From assembly GCA_973895155.1 (NCBI GenBank), contig OZ316899.1, positions 12,961,934-13,025,933 on the forward strand: a stretch of 64,000 nt of DNA, read 5' to 3'. Both the position numbers and the translations under genes were made by a program. Positions 38,601 to 50,470 of this stretch are shown here, in pieces; position 1 is the first letter of the stretch; the number at the start of each line of letters is the position of its first letter. The stretch is from Marsupella aquatica (taxonomy: Eukaryota; Plantae; Marchantiophyta). The notes below the pieces were generated by a model. That model was not told the DNA's origin and did not search any database. It saw nothing but the letters and a program-made list of their open reading frames with translations.

Positions 38601-41600
38601 AGTCCAGAGTATATCACCCAGGTTCTAAAAGAACATGACTAGCTGCTAGGATAGCCCGGGCAGAGATTTGACACGGGAAGGGACAGCTTGACACGACAAA
38701 ATCTGCTCTGACAAGTGGGACGAGGAACTTCTTCTTCGTCTTCTTTCTTCTTCTTCTTCTTCTTAAGGCAGCTTACCTTTATAGAAACTGGATCAGGAAC
38801 CAAAGCGCCCAATCTGGTGCCTCGTGTGGGGAAATAAAGAATTTGATCATTCTAGGTAGATAGAAGCTCAATTTCTAAACTGATGCCGGGATGATAAATA
38901 CAAATCTTGCGTTTCTGACTCTGATGTGAGAATCTCACAGGATGCGAAATGTTAGTCATATATGTTCCAACTCTGGCGGATTGCTTCTCTGCCTAACAGA
39001 ATGGTTTGTCCATACAACGACCTAGCATAGGTCAAGGATGAACACCCGTTCACTTTCTGGTTGTCACTACATATCAAGTGGGTTGTAGTGTGGTCTCTTC
39101 ACGTGCCTTCCGCACAGAGAACCTCACCTACCGTGCCGTTGGCACCAAACTTGTAAGATGTCTCGCGTTAGAGCTACAACAGGATATTAAAAAAAAATGA
39201 TGCATGCACACAATGATGAAGTACAATAGTTGCTCTCTCGCGATCCCAAGCGAAATGATGCGGCCCACAATTCTTGAAAGTCTCCTGGTATTTTTTCCTG
39301 CTTATACTCACCATTGTCCCGAGAGGTACGGCCGTTACACACCCTCTAATTTCGGGTCCTCGGCATATCCTTTATTGATTTCTGGTCCTCGAGTTCAGAA
39401 TGGATATATTATCCAAAGTTGTGGACGGTTGTTATATCAACACAGTTGCTTCCATGTTGGCTTTGGTGGTATTGTTGTTCGGTTTGAGTAAATGACCCAG
39501 ACCCGTGAGGGCGAATAGCATGAGAAGAAAAGGAATGTCAACTAAACTAAACGAAACGAACGAAGTGGCAGTAACACCTAGATAATGAGAGGCTCTACAT
39601 CTGACATCAATGATCTGTTCTTCTGTCTCTCGATTGAATTATGTTGGGAAAGGCTTGCAAAAAATCTTGATGAGTGTGTATCGTCGATTAAGAATATTAC
39701 ACGTTTTGTATCAGAACGTCAGGGTGTGACTTAGAATCGCCACTTGTTCCTACCTTGTTCATATGTGGCAAATAGCTCGTAGATGACGCTCAAACCGTCG
39801 GCTTGGTATCAAAATTGGGAAGAGGAACGTCATTGGCATAAGAATGGCCAGGAGCTCATTGATCTGGTCATGATGTTTGACTCATTGGATAGGGCCATAG
39901 GTAGGCTCATGCTTATCCAAGGTACTTCCAATGTAGGGGTACCAACAACAACAGATCATATTGCGTCATATCATGAGGCCGACCGTGGAGTATGTCGCGT
40001 AAATTTTGTTTGAAAATATTAATAGCAGTGTATCCTGGAGGGCCAGCTCACTAACAGATCTGTTTCTCGTCTAAGGGCAGTCCTTAGTCTGGATTCCTCC
40101 CATCCGACGGCGAAAACTCAATGTGGACTATCTATTCTGAACTGGACTAATTTAAGTACCTTTCACGTATTAAGCTCGACAATTACAGGAAAGGCAGCAG
40201 GATCAACTATAATCAAGGTATCCTTTTCCCTACTAGAAGATAAGTCTGCCGATCATTACTGGAGGTCTTCAGCAGTTTTCCCGTCTTGGGAGTACTGTCT
40301 TCATCTGCAGATCGTTTGACTTCTGGTCTTCTCCTGTCTTTGTTTCACTATCTTTGCATCAAGAAGAACTGCTTTAGATAGATATTGAAATAAATGGATA
40401 GGTCTTATCGCTCACAATGTCCCTGGGGACATAGCACAGATTGTAGAGTACGCGAAATAATTTAGGGTGTACGGTTTCGTAGCAGGAATGTAAACTGTCC
40501 TAGTCAATGTTAAGTGTCCCTTTGGCATACTGTCTGACCATACTTCACGAGCTGTGATAAATTGCGTTTATAAAGAAATTCAAGTTATCCTTTTTTGTTT
40601 CTCTACCTGTTTGTCTTATCACTGAAGCATGTTGGTTGTGCTATGGATTTACTATTAAGTGTGGTTGCAATCACCCTTTGGCAATGATCATAGACTCTGG
40701 TCCCCTTCTGTCACCGAGAGCTTTTCTGACTTGGACGCTAGGCAGCCCTGAAAATTTTGTTGCCGCTTGATAAAGCACCATGTACTCAGATGTAATTCTT
40801 CAGAATGCCAAATCCTTGTTTACCATCGCGTAAGATTAAGAAGAGGCATTATCAAGAATTCCATTTTGTCTGTCAATGCATCGTAATCTGCAGCCGTCTC
40901 TGAATACAAGCTTTAAAAATGTGTGAGTGTTTTCTTAGAGCTAAATCAATGAATTTAAAGTCCACTGGTGAGCTGCTGCTTTGGTCCCTATGGCAATGAC
41001 CTGTGTGTGGCTCTGCATTTTTCTCGAAATTTTAGAGACCTTTTTTTGACGCAAATTAAACTCACTGATTAGGGTTGGGTTGATACAAATGTACAAAGTG
41101 CAAGAACAGCTAAAAACAATTTACAACGAAATTTAAATATGATGTGGTTTACTGATTTGATCTTCGTGCATAATTTCACGGTTCTCGTTCCTCGTTCTTT
41201 ATCTGGCTCTGGCAATTGCCTCGATTAGTTTTCCTCAGCAGCTGTGATCTTCGTAGGCGAGTTGTGGCATTCTTAAATTCCTGCTCGAAAGGGCATTGGA
41301 CATTGGACTTGTCATGTTTGCACAAGTAAACAGTTTTCTTACGAGTGCAAGCACATTTACTAGTTTACAATATCATAATTGGAACTATCCTAGTTTCTTG
41401 ACCGAGGCTTCTTTGCATGAGATTGGCTGTGAAATGACTCCTTCACGTTGATGACCTCCGTAGAGTGTGCGCACCTGTTCGACCTTGTGCGATCTAGTGT
41501 CCAGACATCTCAGTTTGGTACCGGTGAGTATGGTTAGCTTCAATTGCCATTTTGCCAGCCAAGTTTTTGCATATTAGACGATGCTTTGCCATGGGTATCT

Positions 41601-44600
41601 CATTCAAGCATTAGATGAGCCCTGGAAGAAGAATGTTTTAATTAGCCATTCTGTATTCTGGCCAGAATACTTGCTGAGATGCCGCTCAGAATTTGGATGG
41701 TTCCTCGGAATAATGTCTTCCACTCCTTTCAGCTGGTGATTCCACACTTCTTGTGTTGCCGAATTCTCTTTCGACTTGTTTGTGATTCTGGACAGTTGTT
41801 AGACTCAAGTTAAAGTTCAGAAGGATTGTAAACTGGATTACTACCCTACACGTGCGCGCCTTTGAAGAATCTTATGTGAATATCTCCCCTGAGAGAGTCT
41901 GGTTAGCCCTGCTGTCCTGTCTCTCCTGATTACCATTTGGAGACAGAATTGAAACTCTCCCCGATCAATCATCCGAAATGAGCTTTCAGGGATTTAAAAA
42001 AACAGGTAAGCAGCAAGATTTCATTACTGACTAATATGCAATCATCAACATTTGAATCCAGATTAACAAATGAGAACTCTTAAAGCAGATCGACATTTAT
42101 AGACAAAGAGTATCCCTTGAATCTGAGGCCCTACAGGAAAGCATCCATGAGTATATATCCGTAGCAGGTCGGCTGCTTAAGACCACACAGTAGGCTCTAA
42201 GCAATCGAAGGATCACGATTGTGCAATTCAAGCAGACCCTCAGGGATCAGCTTATCGCTGAAACCCAGCATAAGAAAATTTGATTTTACATCCTTGTAAT
42301 ATAAAAGTTAAACCACACAATTGGAAGCAAGCTTGACTGTGGAGAGACTTTAGTACGGTCTTCCTTGAATCTAGGTATAGTCTGTAGCCTTGAGATTAGC
42401 CTTGCATTTTCTACAGGCGCCATCACCATTGAAATTGGGCTTGAAAAGCCATTAGCGGCTGAATGGCTTCCGCCGTGAGGTGATCTAATGAGAACCGTGT
42501 TCATTAGTGAGTTAAGCGCGTAATCAATAAATTGTTGCAAATGATAAACATCTGGTCCAAAAACAACTTTAGTATAAGACAGGGTCAGACGCAGCATAGG
42601 GCTTTTACCAGGCAAAAATCACTTGGGTGATTTGGCCGGTCAAGCTTCTTAACTTTCTGGATGTAAATCTTAAAATTAGGCTACGTTGCAGAGATGCTCT
42701 CCCCTGTAAGGTGTGAATTGATATCAGTCAGAGATGAGTTTCCTAGGACGAGCGAAACGTTGGTGTTGCTGAAGATAGTTGGTTGTGGTGAACTCAACCC
42801 AGTAGGTTTTTGGGAGACCTGACTGTAGGTCTTGCGGAGACCCGGGTGAAGTAGCGAAGATCATAGGGCTGTAAACACGTTTGCAGTTTTTTCTCTCATC
42901 GACACGATTTTGTTGTGGGATGGTAGTTTTACTGTTGTGGTGGAGAACGCCCTTGCTTTTACGCAAAAGTTGAAAGTCGATAGATTTGTACTCTTGATTA
43001 CTCTCAGAGCAGAGAGCTCAACTTTTACAATCAGTCTAGTTTTTTTCCGGAGGTGTTTTTTTCTGAAGGACAGAGGAATGTATTCCGTGTGAAGCCGTCT
43101 ACTCAAGTGAAAAATTTCCAGAAAAACAGGATATGTGGATTCGACAGTGGTCTGTCCACAGATCAGAATGCCCCTAGACAAGAAGGAATGCAGAGCGGGT
43201 GCCCGTTTCCTGATGAAATTGTTTCGTACTCCGTTTGCCATGGAGACAGGAAGGACAGGCTGCAAATGATTTGATGTCATATCGGACCATCGTGTCTTCT
43301 TGTAAGGTTTGCATCCGGCCTTTAGCTTTGTGGGCGTTTCTCTTCTACATCAAGGCTGCGGTTGTAACTGAAGACGACTCCCATAGAAAATGCAGTGGCT
43401 TGTGGTGGATTACATACTTTATCACAAGCCAAGAACTCTTCACTTTGAGGCATCTAGCTATCAGAGTCTTAGCTTCATTATGCATGAGAATGACGTTGCC
43501 ATATAGACCCTGGGTTGCCATGTACTCTGCCCTGGAATTAGCTGAAGGGCAGAGTAAAGGTTGTGATCTGAACTTGGAATATGAGGCACATAACGGTTAC
43601 TGTGCCGCAAGTCGCCAGCTCTACAGAAACATTTCCATGCCCTTTTATCGCACATGCGGAGGATACATCAGCTGGATGGAGTTGACTAAGCTGTGGATAA
43701 TACTTCAGAAGTAAGCAAGCTTGATCTGTGAGGAGTCATGTTCTGTGAACTGCCTGTGTGTACAAACCTTCTAGTGTCACCGCCTCCAGTGACTGATAAA
43801 GCCATAGCAAATCACTGGTTCCCGAACTGACTTGTAGCTTTGCACTTCTCTAGAAGTAATATGATTTTTTGACGATGTGTAATTTGAGGGCCCAACTTCT
43901 TTCGATACTGTCAGTTTGTACGGAGGGGCGTGAAAGAAGACGTGGATCGTTCTGTAGAGGAACGTGAAGTTTTGTCGGAGTGTCTGTCAGACGATCCTCT
44001 CTGAATTTTGTTCTTTTCTGTGGAAACTTGTTGAAAGCAGTGGCACAAACCTGGTCCTAAGATTTCATCGAAGTTTAGATATTGTGACCTCTAAATGAGT
44101 TAAGAATGAGCCGATCATTGAAGTAGTCTTGATCTCCAAAGCGCTAGAAACATGCTCAATTAGTTAAGGTGTGTCTTATCCTGCGCCTCAAGTTAACTAG
44201 TTGACCATAGCTTTCGTAAATGCACCAAGGAAAATTTTCCTTGCGCCATATAAACCTGCAGCCAAAGACCTGTCGCGATTATTATTTTTTTAATTATGTT
44301 TTCTTTAAGTCCTAGCTTGCCTCTCTCTACGTGCTTGTGTCATCTAGCAGCAGGAGGTAGAAAGTGGTCAATCCAACTGACGTATCAATTTCAGCTACCT
44401 TCCAGCCTTTAGATTCCGATCAACAAGCCCCCCGGCGCAGCCAGAGCATCGGCAACTAAGGGCTTTCACTTGCGCTCTTCTGCCTGGGTTCTTTGGTTGG
44501 TATCTCTATACCCCACTGCTGCGCCATACTCAGATATATTCATGGAACATGGAGCCTTAAGACAATTCGGGTACCTATGTATGTATACTTTGAGATCAGT

Positions 44601-47600
44601 GGGACCTCAATTCCCCCGATATTCATCATCAAGAGGGCCAACATTTGAGCACCACGTTTGCTGACACTAGCTTCCGTGGCCCAGACACGTGAGATTCTCA
44701 TCAAATCGATTAACTCCTGTAATAATCACCATGCCTGAGACCAGGAATCTGAGTATCCCCAAAGTTACATCCAGCAAGGGTTTTGGGACCAAAACCCAGC
44801 AAATCAGAATCTATTTACTCTGCTCATAAAAGAGAAGCATCTTGTTTAGGATAGCTGGTTCTGTTAGCATCTGGGATGGACAATCATGCTGGATAGTGAA
44901 TTACAGAGACACCTAATAAGGACGCGTTGGTTTTGCGCATAAGTCAGATAAGAATACAGAATTGGGTATTTCCCGAGAGCATCCCTTTGACAATGGATTG
45001 CCCAGGAGAGAATCCAATCTGGATAGACCATGTCTTACCATGGTGGCTCTTGCGGAGAAAGTTGTAGTACATGGTGTATTACTTCGTTGGTTCAGTCTAA
45101 AAATCCCTTGGGAAAGAATTTCCAATGACAGGTCTTGGAGGGATCGGGCATTGCTCAGAATTTATTTTTACAGAGATATGAAGGGAGCATGGTCGAAAGT
45201 ATCTCAAGCGAGATATCATATTGATATGGTAGCTTTGTTAAACCTAAAACTGTAGACCCGTTCTCAATCCATATGATCTTTGCATGAAAGCGCAGGAAGG
45301 GTATATGCTTAGAGTAGTGAATGATATTATTAGTCTGCGCTCCCTTGGAACACGGGACAGAAAGTACCGCAGAGCACTAAGCCCGAACAAGTAGAATGTG
45401 TACTGAAGACAGCTGCATAACGTAGTAGTGAGATTAGTGCAGTAAAACTTCTTGATCCCTGTAAGCTAAGCATTCGGGAACTGTGAGGGCAAGGCGGGTA
45501 CTGAGCTCATAGGACGGACCTGTTGTTATTAAGTGTCTCCCGCATTCAAAAGTAAATGATGTTAATCATTGGCTTCGGTTTAGTGGCAGGACTGACAACC
45601 CTGCTTGATTTGAGTGGGTGTGATTCTGTCATTTTGACCTTCCTGAAATTTCCAGGCCATGCGCAACAAGCAAATTCAGTCAGGAATTCTTCCAAAGAAA
45701 TAGTTAAGTAGGGGTAGGAAAACTAGCTTACTTTGCCCAATCTGAGGTATTAGGGACATCTTTGCAGATCAATGGCTGCCGCATCTGCGACAGATGCGGG
45801 ACCTGGAATGAATCAAGTTAGGGATTCCCACCTTACACGGAAAGATGGCTGATATCCGTAGAGGGGAGTAAAGGTCCAACGTTGACGAAGACACACGTTG
45901 TGCGGTCAAACATTATCAGGGACTCTGCGGAGCTGCGATTCTTTCTAATGTAGTATTTCGAAAAGCTCTAGCAAGTTCCAGTGGTCATCTACACTGAAGA
46001 GTCAGAGTATGGCACCTGGACAAGCTTGAAGGGCCTTTGGTGTATGGTGGTTTCTCTGCTGGGGTGGTATTGGTTAAGGACATCGTGGAGGCATGAAGTC
46101 TTCTATATTGCTACTTACTATGTCCTGAAGGCAAACAGTATAGTGTCCTCTGCGTGAGGTACTGGGGATCTGAGAAGAATTGGAGATGATCAGAAACGAA
46201 GGAGATCCTGCAAGGGGACTGACCAGCATATCTTGTTCTAGTGTTGAGTTCTGAGGAGTGAGTCCTCTCGAAAGGATCCATTTGACTCTTTTGATGAGAA
46301 TAGCACAGATCCTTCTCCAAAGTCTGCCACAGCTCTTTGACGTCTCAGCCACTTTTCCGTCATGGTTATCCGATGGATCTTCAATATTTGCACAGAAACC
46401 CAGGGGCAGATTTCTTGGATTACATTGTCGGGGCATTGTCAATCGAGATGTGCCATCGCGCAGCCATCCTTCTCCATCACGTTACCAGCCTCGTTGTCAG
46501 GCCTCCAAATCTCCATTCGCGATACTTTGATTGCATGGCGACGTATTCTAGATTTCGCAAGCTTCTGGAGTTCTGGAGATCCAATGAATTTAGCAAATTT
46601 TCGAGGCAACGTATGAAACTCTTTGGTGGTTTACTGTGTGTGTGTGTCGTTGACAACCAGCAGGTATTGGCCCAAGCAACTTTCCTAAAAGACGGATCCG
46701 GCCTCCTGTAAAATTATTAGACAGAGAGCACAAGTAAGTCGAGGAAGATTGTACTCAGCAATGAATCAATTCCGTTACAATGATTCTACATATATAGGAC
46801 AATTGGCTACGTTTCGGTAGGTCCCACCAGGTGTGTCCAAAAGTCGGTCACTTCAATGTGGCTCTTACTGTGGCTATTACTGTGTCTTCTAGATGAGAAG
46901 GGGACACCTACAAGATCTAATGGACAAGATTTGTCCATAAATCATGAACAAATTCTATATATGCATATGTAGTCTGATCACACCGATCGAGACTGGGTTT
47001 AACGATTTAACTAGATGAATTGACGAACAGTCTGAAATCATTGTGATGTTTAACAGTCCCACTCAGTTTGTCATTTCATAAGCTCGACGTAATGAAGGTT
47101 TATGCTGATATGCAGTCCTTTTCTGCAATCCTCTAGTTAACTAACCAGGTACACTCCATGCTCAAGTTATCAAGCTGAACCAAACTTTGCTTCACGACCA
47201 ACGCCTGTCATTATGATCTGGACCGTAAACCAGCTTCTAACCAGATTAACTGTTAATCAAAGCTATTGCTGCTGAAAATGTCTCTCGCCCGGTTGGCCCT
47301 GGACTTAATGAATTATCATCAACGTACAGGTAAATGATTGAAACCTTAAGGGTGTTAATGCGGTTGTGTATTTGCAATAATTTATCACACAGAGGACCTT
47401 CTAAGTAGTCTCCAAGATATTATTCATTTGAAACTGTTAGTCTCTGTGCTATTCTCTCCTTTCTTTCCATGAGATGTATCTTGATCTCTGTCTCGTGTCT
47501 TTTTTGTTAACTAATTTTTTTTTATGTTGGAATTGCCGTGCTTTTTGTAAAGGACAATTCCATGTGGAGGTCTTAATAATAACATACCTCAACTTGACGT

Positions 47601-48555
47601 CTAAGAATGTTAACATTCCAATCTTTTGGGGGTAATAAATTTTCTACAGTTTTTCATGTTGTTTCGATAGACGCATTGGCCTCGGAGTGAAAGTACTCCG
47701 TTGCTTGATCACTTGATTCAGTTAGCCCTATCTCATGAGGAGTCTTGATACTCAGGAACGTAAACTACAGGAGGAAAAGGAGGAGCTACGAAGGAAGGTA
47801 CTTAAGCTTGCAATATACGCAACGCTAATCTGTTTCTCATCACCATCTTAGATTTGGAGCACGTCCTTGACCCCAGGATGTGCTGAGATGTTGCTGTGAA
47901 TATGCTGTGAGCTTCCGTTTCTTGGTATCTTATCCTCACATTGCATGATTGACTTTTCTTCCAAGTTGAGCAAACTGGAGAAACTTCGAGGGTAGACAAG
48001 TTGGTTACCTCACTGCTCGGGATTTCGTTTGAATGACATGTGTGTACGTGACTCCTTTGTGGATTCTTCGGTGTAGCTTGTAGACGCAAAGGGAATAGCA
48101 GATGCAGCAGCAAGAGGGGTTCCGGGTCTAGGTTCCAATCTGCAAAGCCCGAATGCCAGATCTGAAACTGCTGCAACACAATCATTGCCAACTGTTTATC
48201 CCCTCCAGCCCAATCTTAGGGATACTCAACCCCCATCTCAACCGTCTTTACAACTCGGGTATGGCATTCGTCTAGCTGGAAAGTTGACTAACACTATGGC
48301 TGCCATAAAATTAGCAGTAGGTGTTTCCTGCGGTAGGCTAAGCGTTTTATCACGGTTGCATCGTTATGCCAGTGTCAGGTATAGAAACCTGAGAAGTTCC
48401 TTGAAATTAAGATCTAACTTTAACTAGTATGTGTGAATCAATAATGCAGGCTTTTTGCTCAGAGTTCAAGCAGATCTAGGGGTCCAGGTCATCAAACTTC
48501 AGGACCTGAAAATGAAGCAACCAGTCACTCATCGGAGTGGATGCTGCAACATTAG
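23808..48555 (+). CDS. MIKCc-type MADS-box transcription factor, 8 coding exons, 264 aa
   Basis: Exons 23808-23992 (185 nt, MADS domain [28 protein letters not shown]...), 25494-25569 (76), 25952-26013 (62), 26251-26350 (100), 26614-26655 (42), 47756-47797 (42), 48077-48258 (182), 48450-48555 (106). The 185/62/100/42/42 sizes are canonical for MIKCc genes. All introns are GT-AG and the joined 795 nt are in frame. Confidence 0.92.
25008..25138. repeat. 65-bp tandem duplication in MADS intron 1
   Basis: tcagctggtttttcctcggatgattgtcctc...gagaaatggtt occurs twice with about 3 mismatches. Confidence 0.9.
34373..34458. repeat. Near-perfect inverted repeat (38-bp stem, 10-nt loop)
   Basis: Arms ttaagaaggcctggcattacctaggaccataggtcatt and aatgacctatggtcgtaggtaatgccaggcctttttaa; one G-U pair and one mismatch; TTAA at both ends. 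Confidence 0.95.
38728..38765. repeat. (CTT)n microsatellite, interrupted
   Basis: cttcttcttcgtcttctttcttcttcttcttcttctt. Confidence 0.85.
47756..48555 (+). CDS. MADS gene exons 6-8 (end of K3 and C domain)
   Basis: [14 protein letters not shown] | [14 protein letters not shown]...PSQPSLQLG | LFAQSSS...[10 protein letters not shown]-stop (TAG 48553-48555). Exon 8 is the least certain; if intron 7 is retained the ORF ends at 48427. Confidence 0.82.
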
Positions 48556-50194
48556 TCATTTTGAACTGGTGTGTGACCACCAACATGCTGAAATTGACTG
48601 ATAACAGAATATGCAGTGCAGTGAAGTTGGAGTGATTACAGTAAATGTAGTGCAATGAAGTTCTAGTTTCTCCAGCATTTTAAGAAGTAGGAACAGGTTT
48701 TTGGGCACATCATTTTCCTTGTCGATCAGCAACTATTCTTTTATTTACAGGACTGAAGTGCCATGTTTTGTTGTCGTTATTCTGGAAGCTATGTAGCTCT
48801 GCCTTAACACATCTCCGTTTTTTGCCAGAGAAGTAGTTCAGATTGTTGCTCCTAGTCACGGATTTTATCTGCACCAGCCACCAAATCTAGCGGAACATAC
48901 TGCTCTAGACAAGTCAGTGCCTAGGAGCACTTTCTGATAGCCCCTATGCACTCAACAACAGTATTACCTTATTTTCGACGCAGTTTGAGTGGAGTTGTAA
49001 GCCATGGATGTCCAAAGATAACCTTAGAATTGAGGCGTCTGGAAACGAACAATGGTGCACAATGCCAGATGCTTTACAAACTTAAAATACGGCAAGATGC
49101 ATGACTTTATTTGGCAGTGGTGTCAGGTGGACTCCTTTGACTGAACTAATCACTAAGAATAGAACCTGAACGAGAAATAAGTACCGCTGCTACCGTTTTG
49201 TTTGTTCTCCCTATGAGTCAACTCTGATCTGGAAAAATCAAAATAAAAAATGTCGAGAATGACTTTATTCGTTCGCCTGCCCCATTTAGAGTTGGATTCC
49301 GTAATTACTTCCCATGCAGGTTCCGAACCTCCAAGGCATTGCCGATCTGGCTGATAACCGTGTGTGTTTGGCACGCAAGAGCAGCACGAAATTCTGGTAG
49401 AGAGGAGAGTGACTGGCGAACTTCGTGCTGCTCTCTTCCAAAATTACCTGATCATCCAGTAATTACATTAATCCAAAATTACGATCTCGTCCAAAATTCG
49501 TCAGGCACTCAGTCCACTCGAGCTCAGACCAATTTAACCCCGTATTCAAGCTGTCGGTGTCCACGCCTGCGTTCTCAGAAATTGATACGCTTTTCAATTC
49601 CCTAGTTCAGGTCAGCAATATTGATCTGCCGATCAAAGATCCAATATGGACCTAATCCCCAAACGACCACGAATTACTGTGATCACCCAGATGTCCTCAT
49701 TTAGCCGTGAGTGAAAACGGTGAAATCAGTGCAGAGTATCCTTGATACTCCGTCTGTCAAGTATACCATCAGAACAGAGAACAAAGAATAAGTGAGAAAA
49801 CAAAAGGAGATCCCGGGCTTTCCAGAGTAAGCATATATAGGGCAGTCCGAAATGGGACCACGTACTACACTGAAACAACTTCTCTTTGAATGTGTAACTA
49901 TTGCTTCTAATAAACCTATCCGTAAACTACCTTATGGATGACTCGTGTTTTTCATTTGGTCAAACTTGCACCAAGGTCCTTTCAAAGTTTTGATTACTTT
50001 CTTAAATTCTGACCTAGGTTAACTAACCAATGTCAAACAGTGAGTTTAGATGCATACGCCTAGACCTTTATGCTCTAGGTCTCTTATTCCCCTTTCTCGT
50101 TCGTTCCCCGGCGTCAGATGTGCTCTTCTCATGAGCTATGGAATCGCGACAATCAGATAAGACTTCTGAATGTTTGAATCTCTGTAAGGATCGC

Positions 50195-50470
50195 TTTCCC
50201 CTAGGGATCTGCAGCACACTACTACTCCTTTCTGTGTTATAAGTAGTTCGGGCAAATGCGGCAGTCGCAGGCATAGCAAAAAGTCTGGTCCGAAAAGAAT
50301 GAAGGAGCAGAGGAAGGGACGAGCTGAAGCAATTTCCTCTAGGGATCTGCAGCACACTACTACTCCTTTCTGTGTTATAAGTAGTTCGGGCAAATGCGGC
50401 AGTCGCAGGCATAGCAAAAAGTCTGGTCCGAAAAGAATGAAGGAGCAGAGGAAGGGACGAGCTGAAGCAA
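50195..50470. repeat. 138-bp near-perfect tandem duplication
   Basis: Units 50195-50332 and 50333-50470 (ctagggatctgcagcacactac...gagctgaagcaa). Confidence 0.95.

Larger units (their letters stand above)
26656..47755 (+). other. 21,100-bp intron 5 of the MADS gene
   Basis: AAG|GTATTT donor at 26656 and CTCAG|GAA acceptor at 47755, joining the two canonical 42-nt K-domain exons. Confidence 0.85.

Noticed and set aside
27000-47700. Many 60-170 aa ORFs in intron 5 as nested host genes
   Set aside because: No recognisable domains, no consistent exon chain, and lengths compatible with chance or decayed TE sequence.
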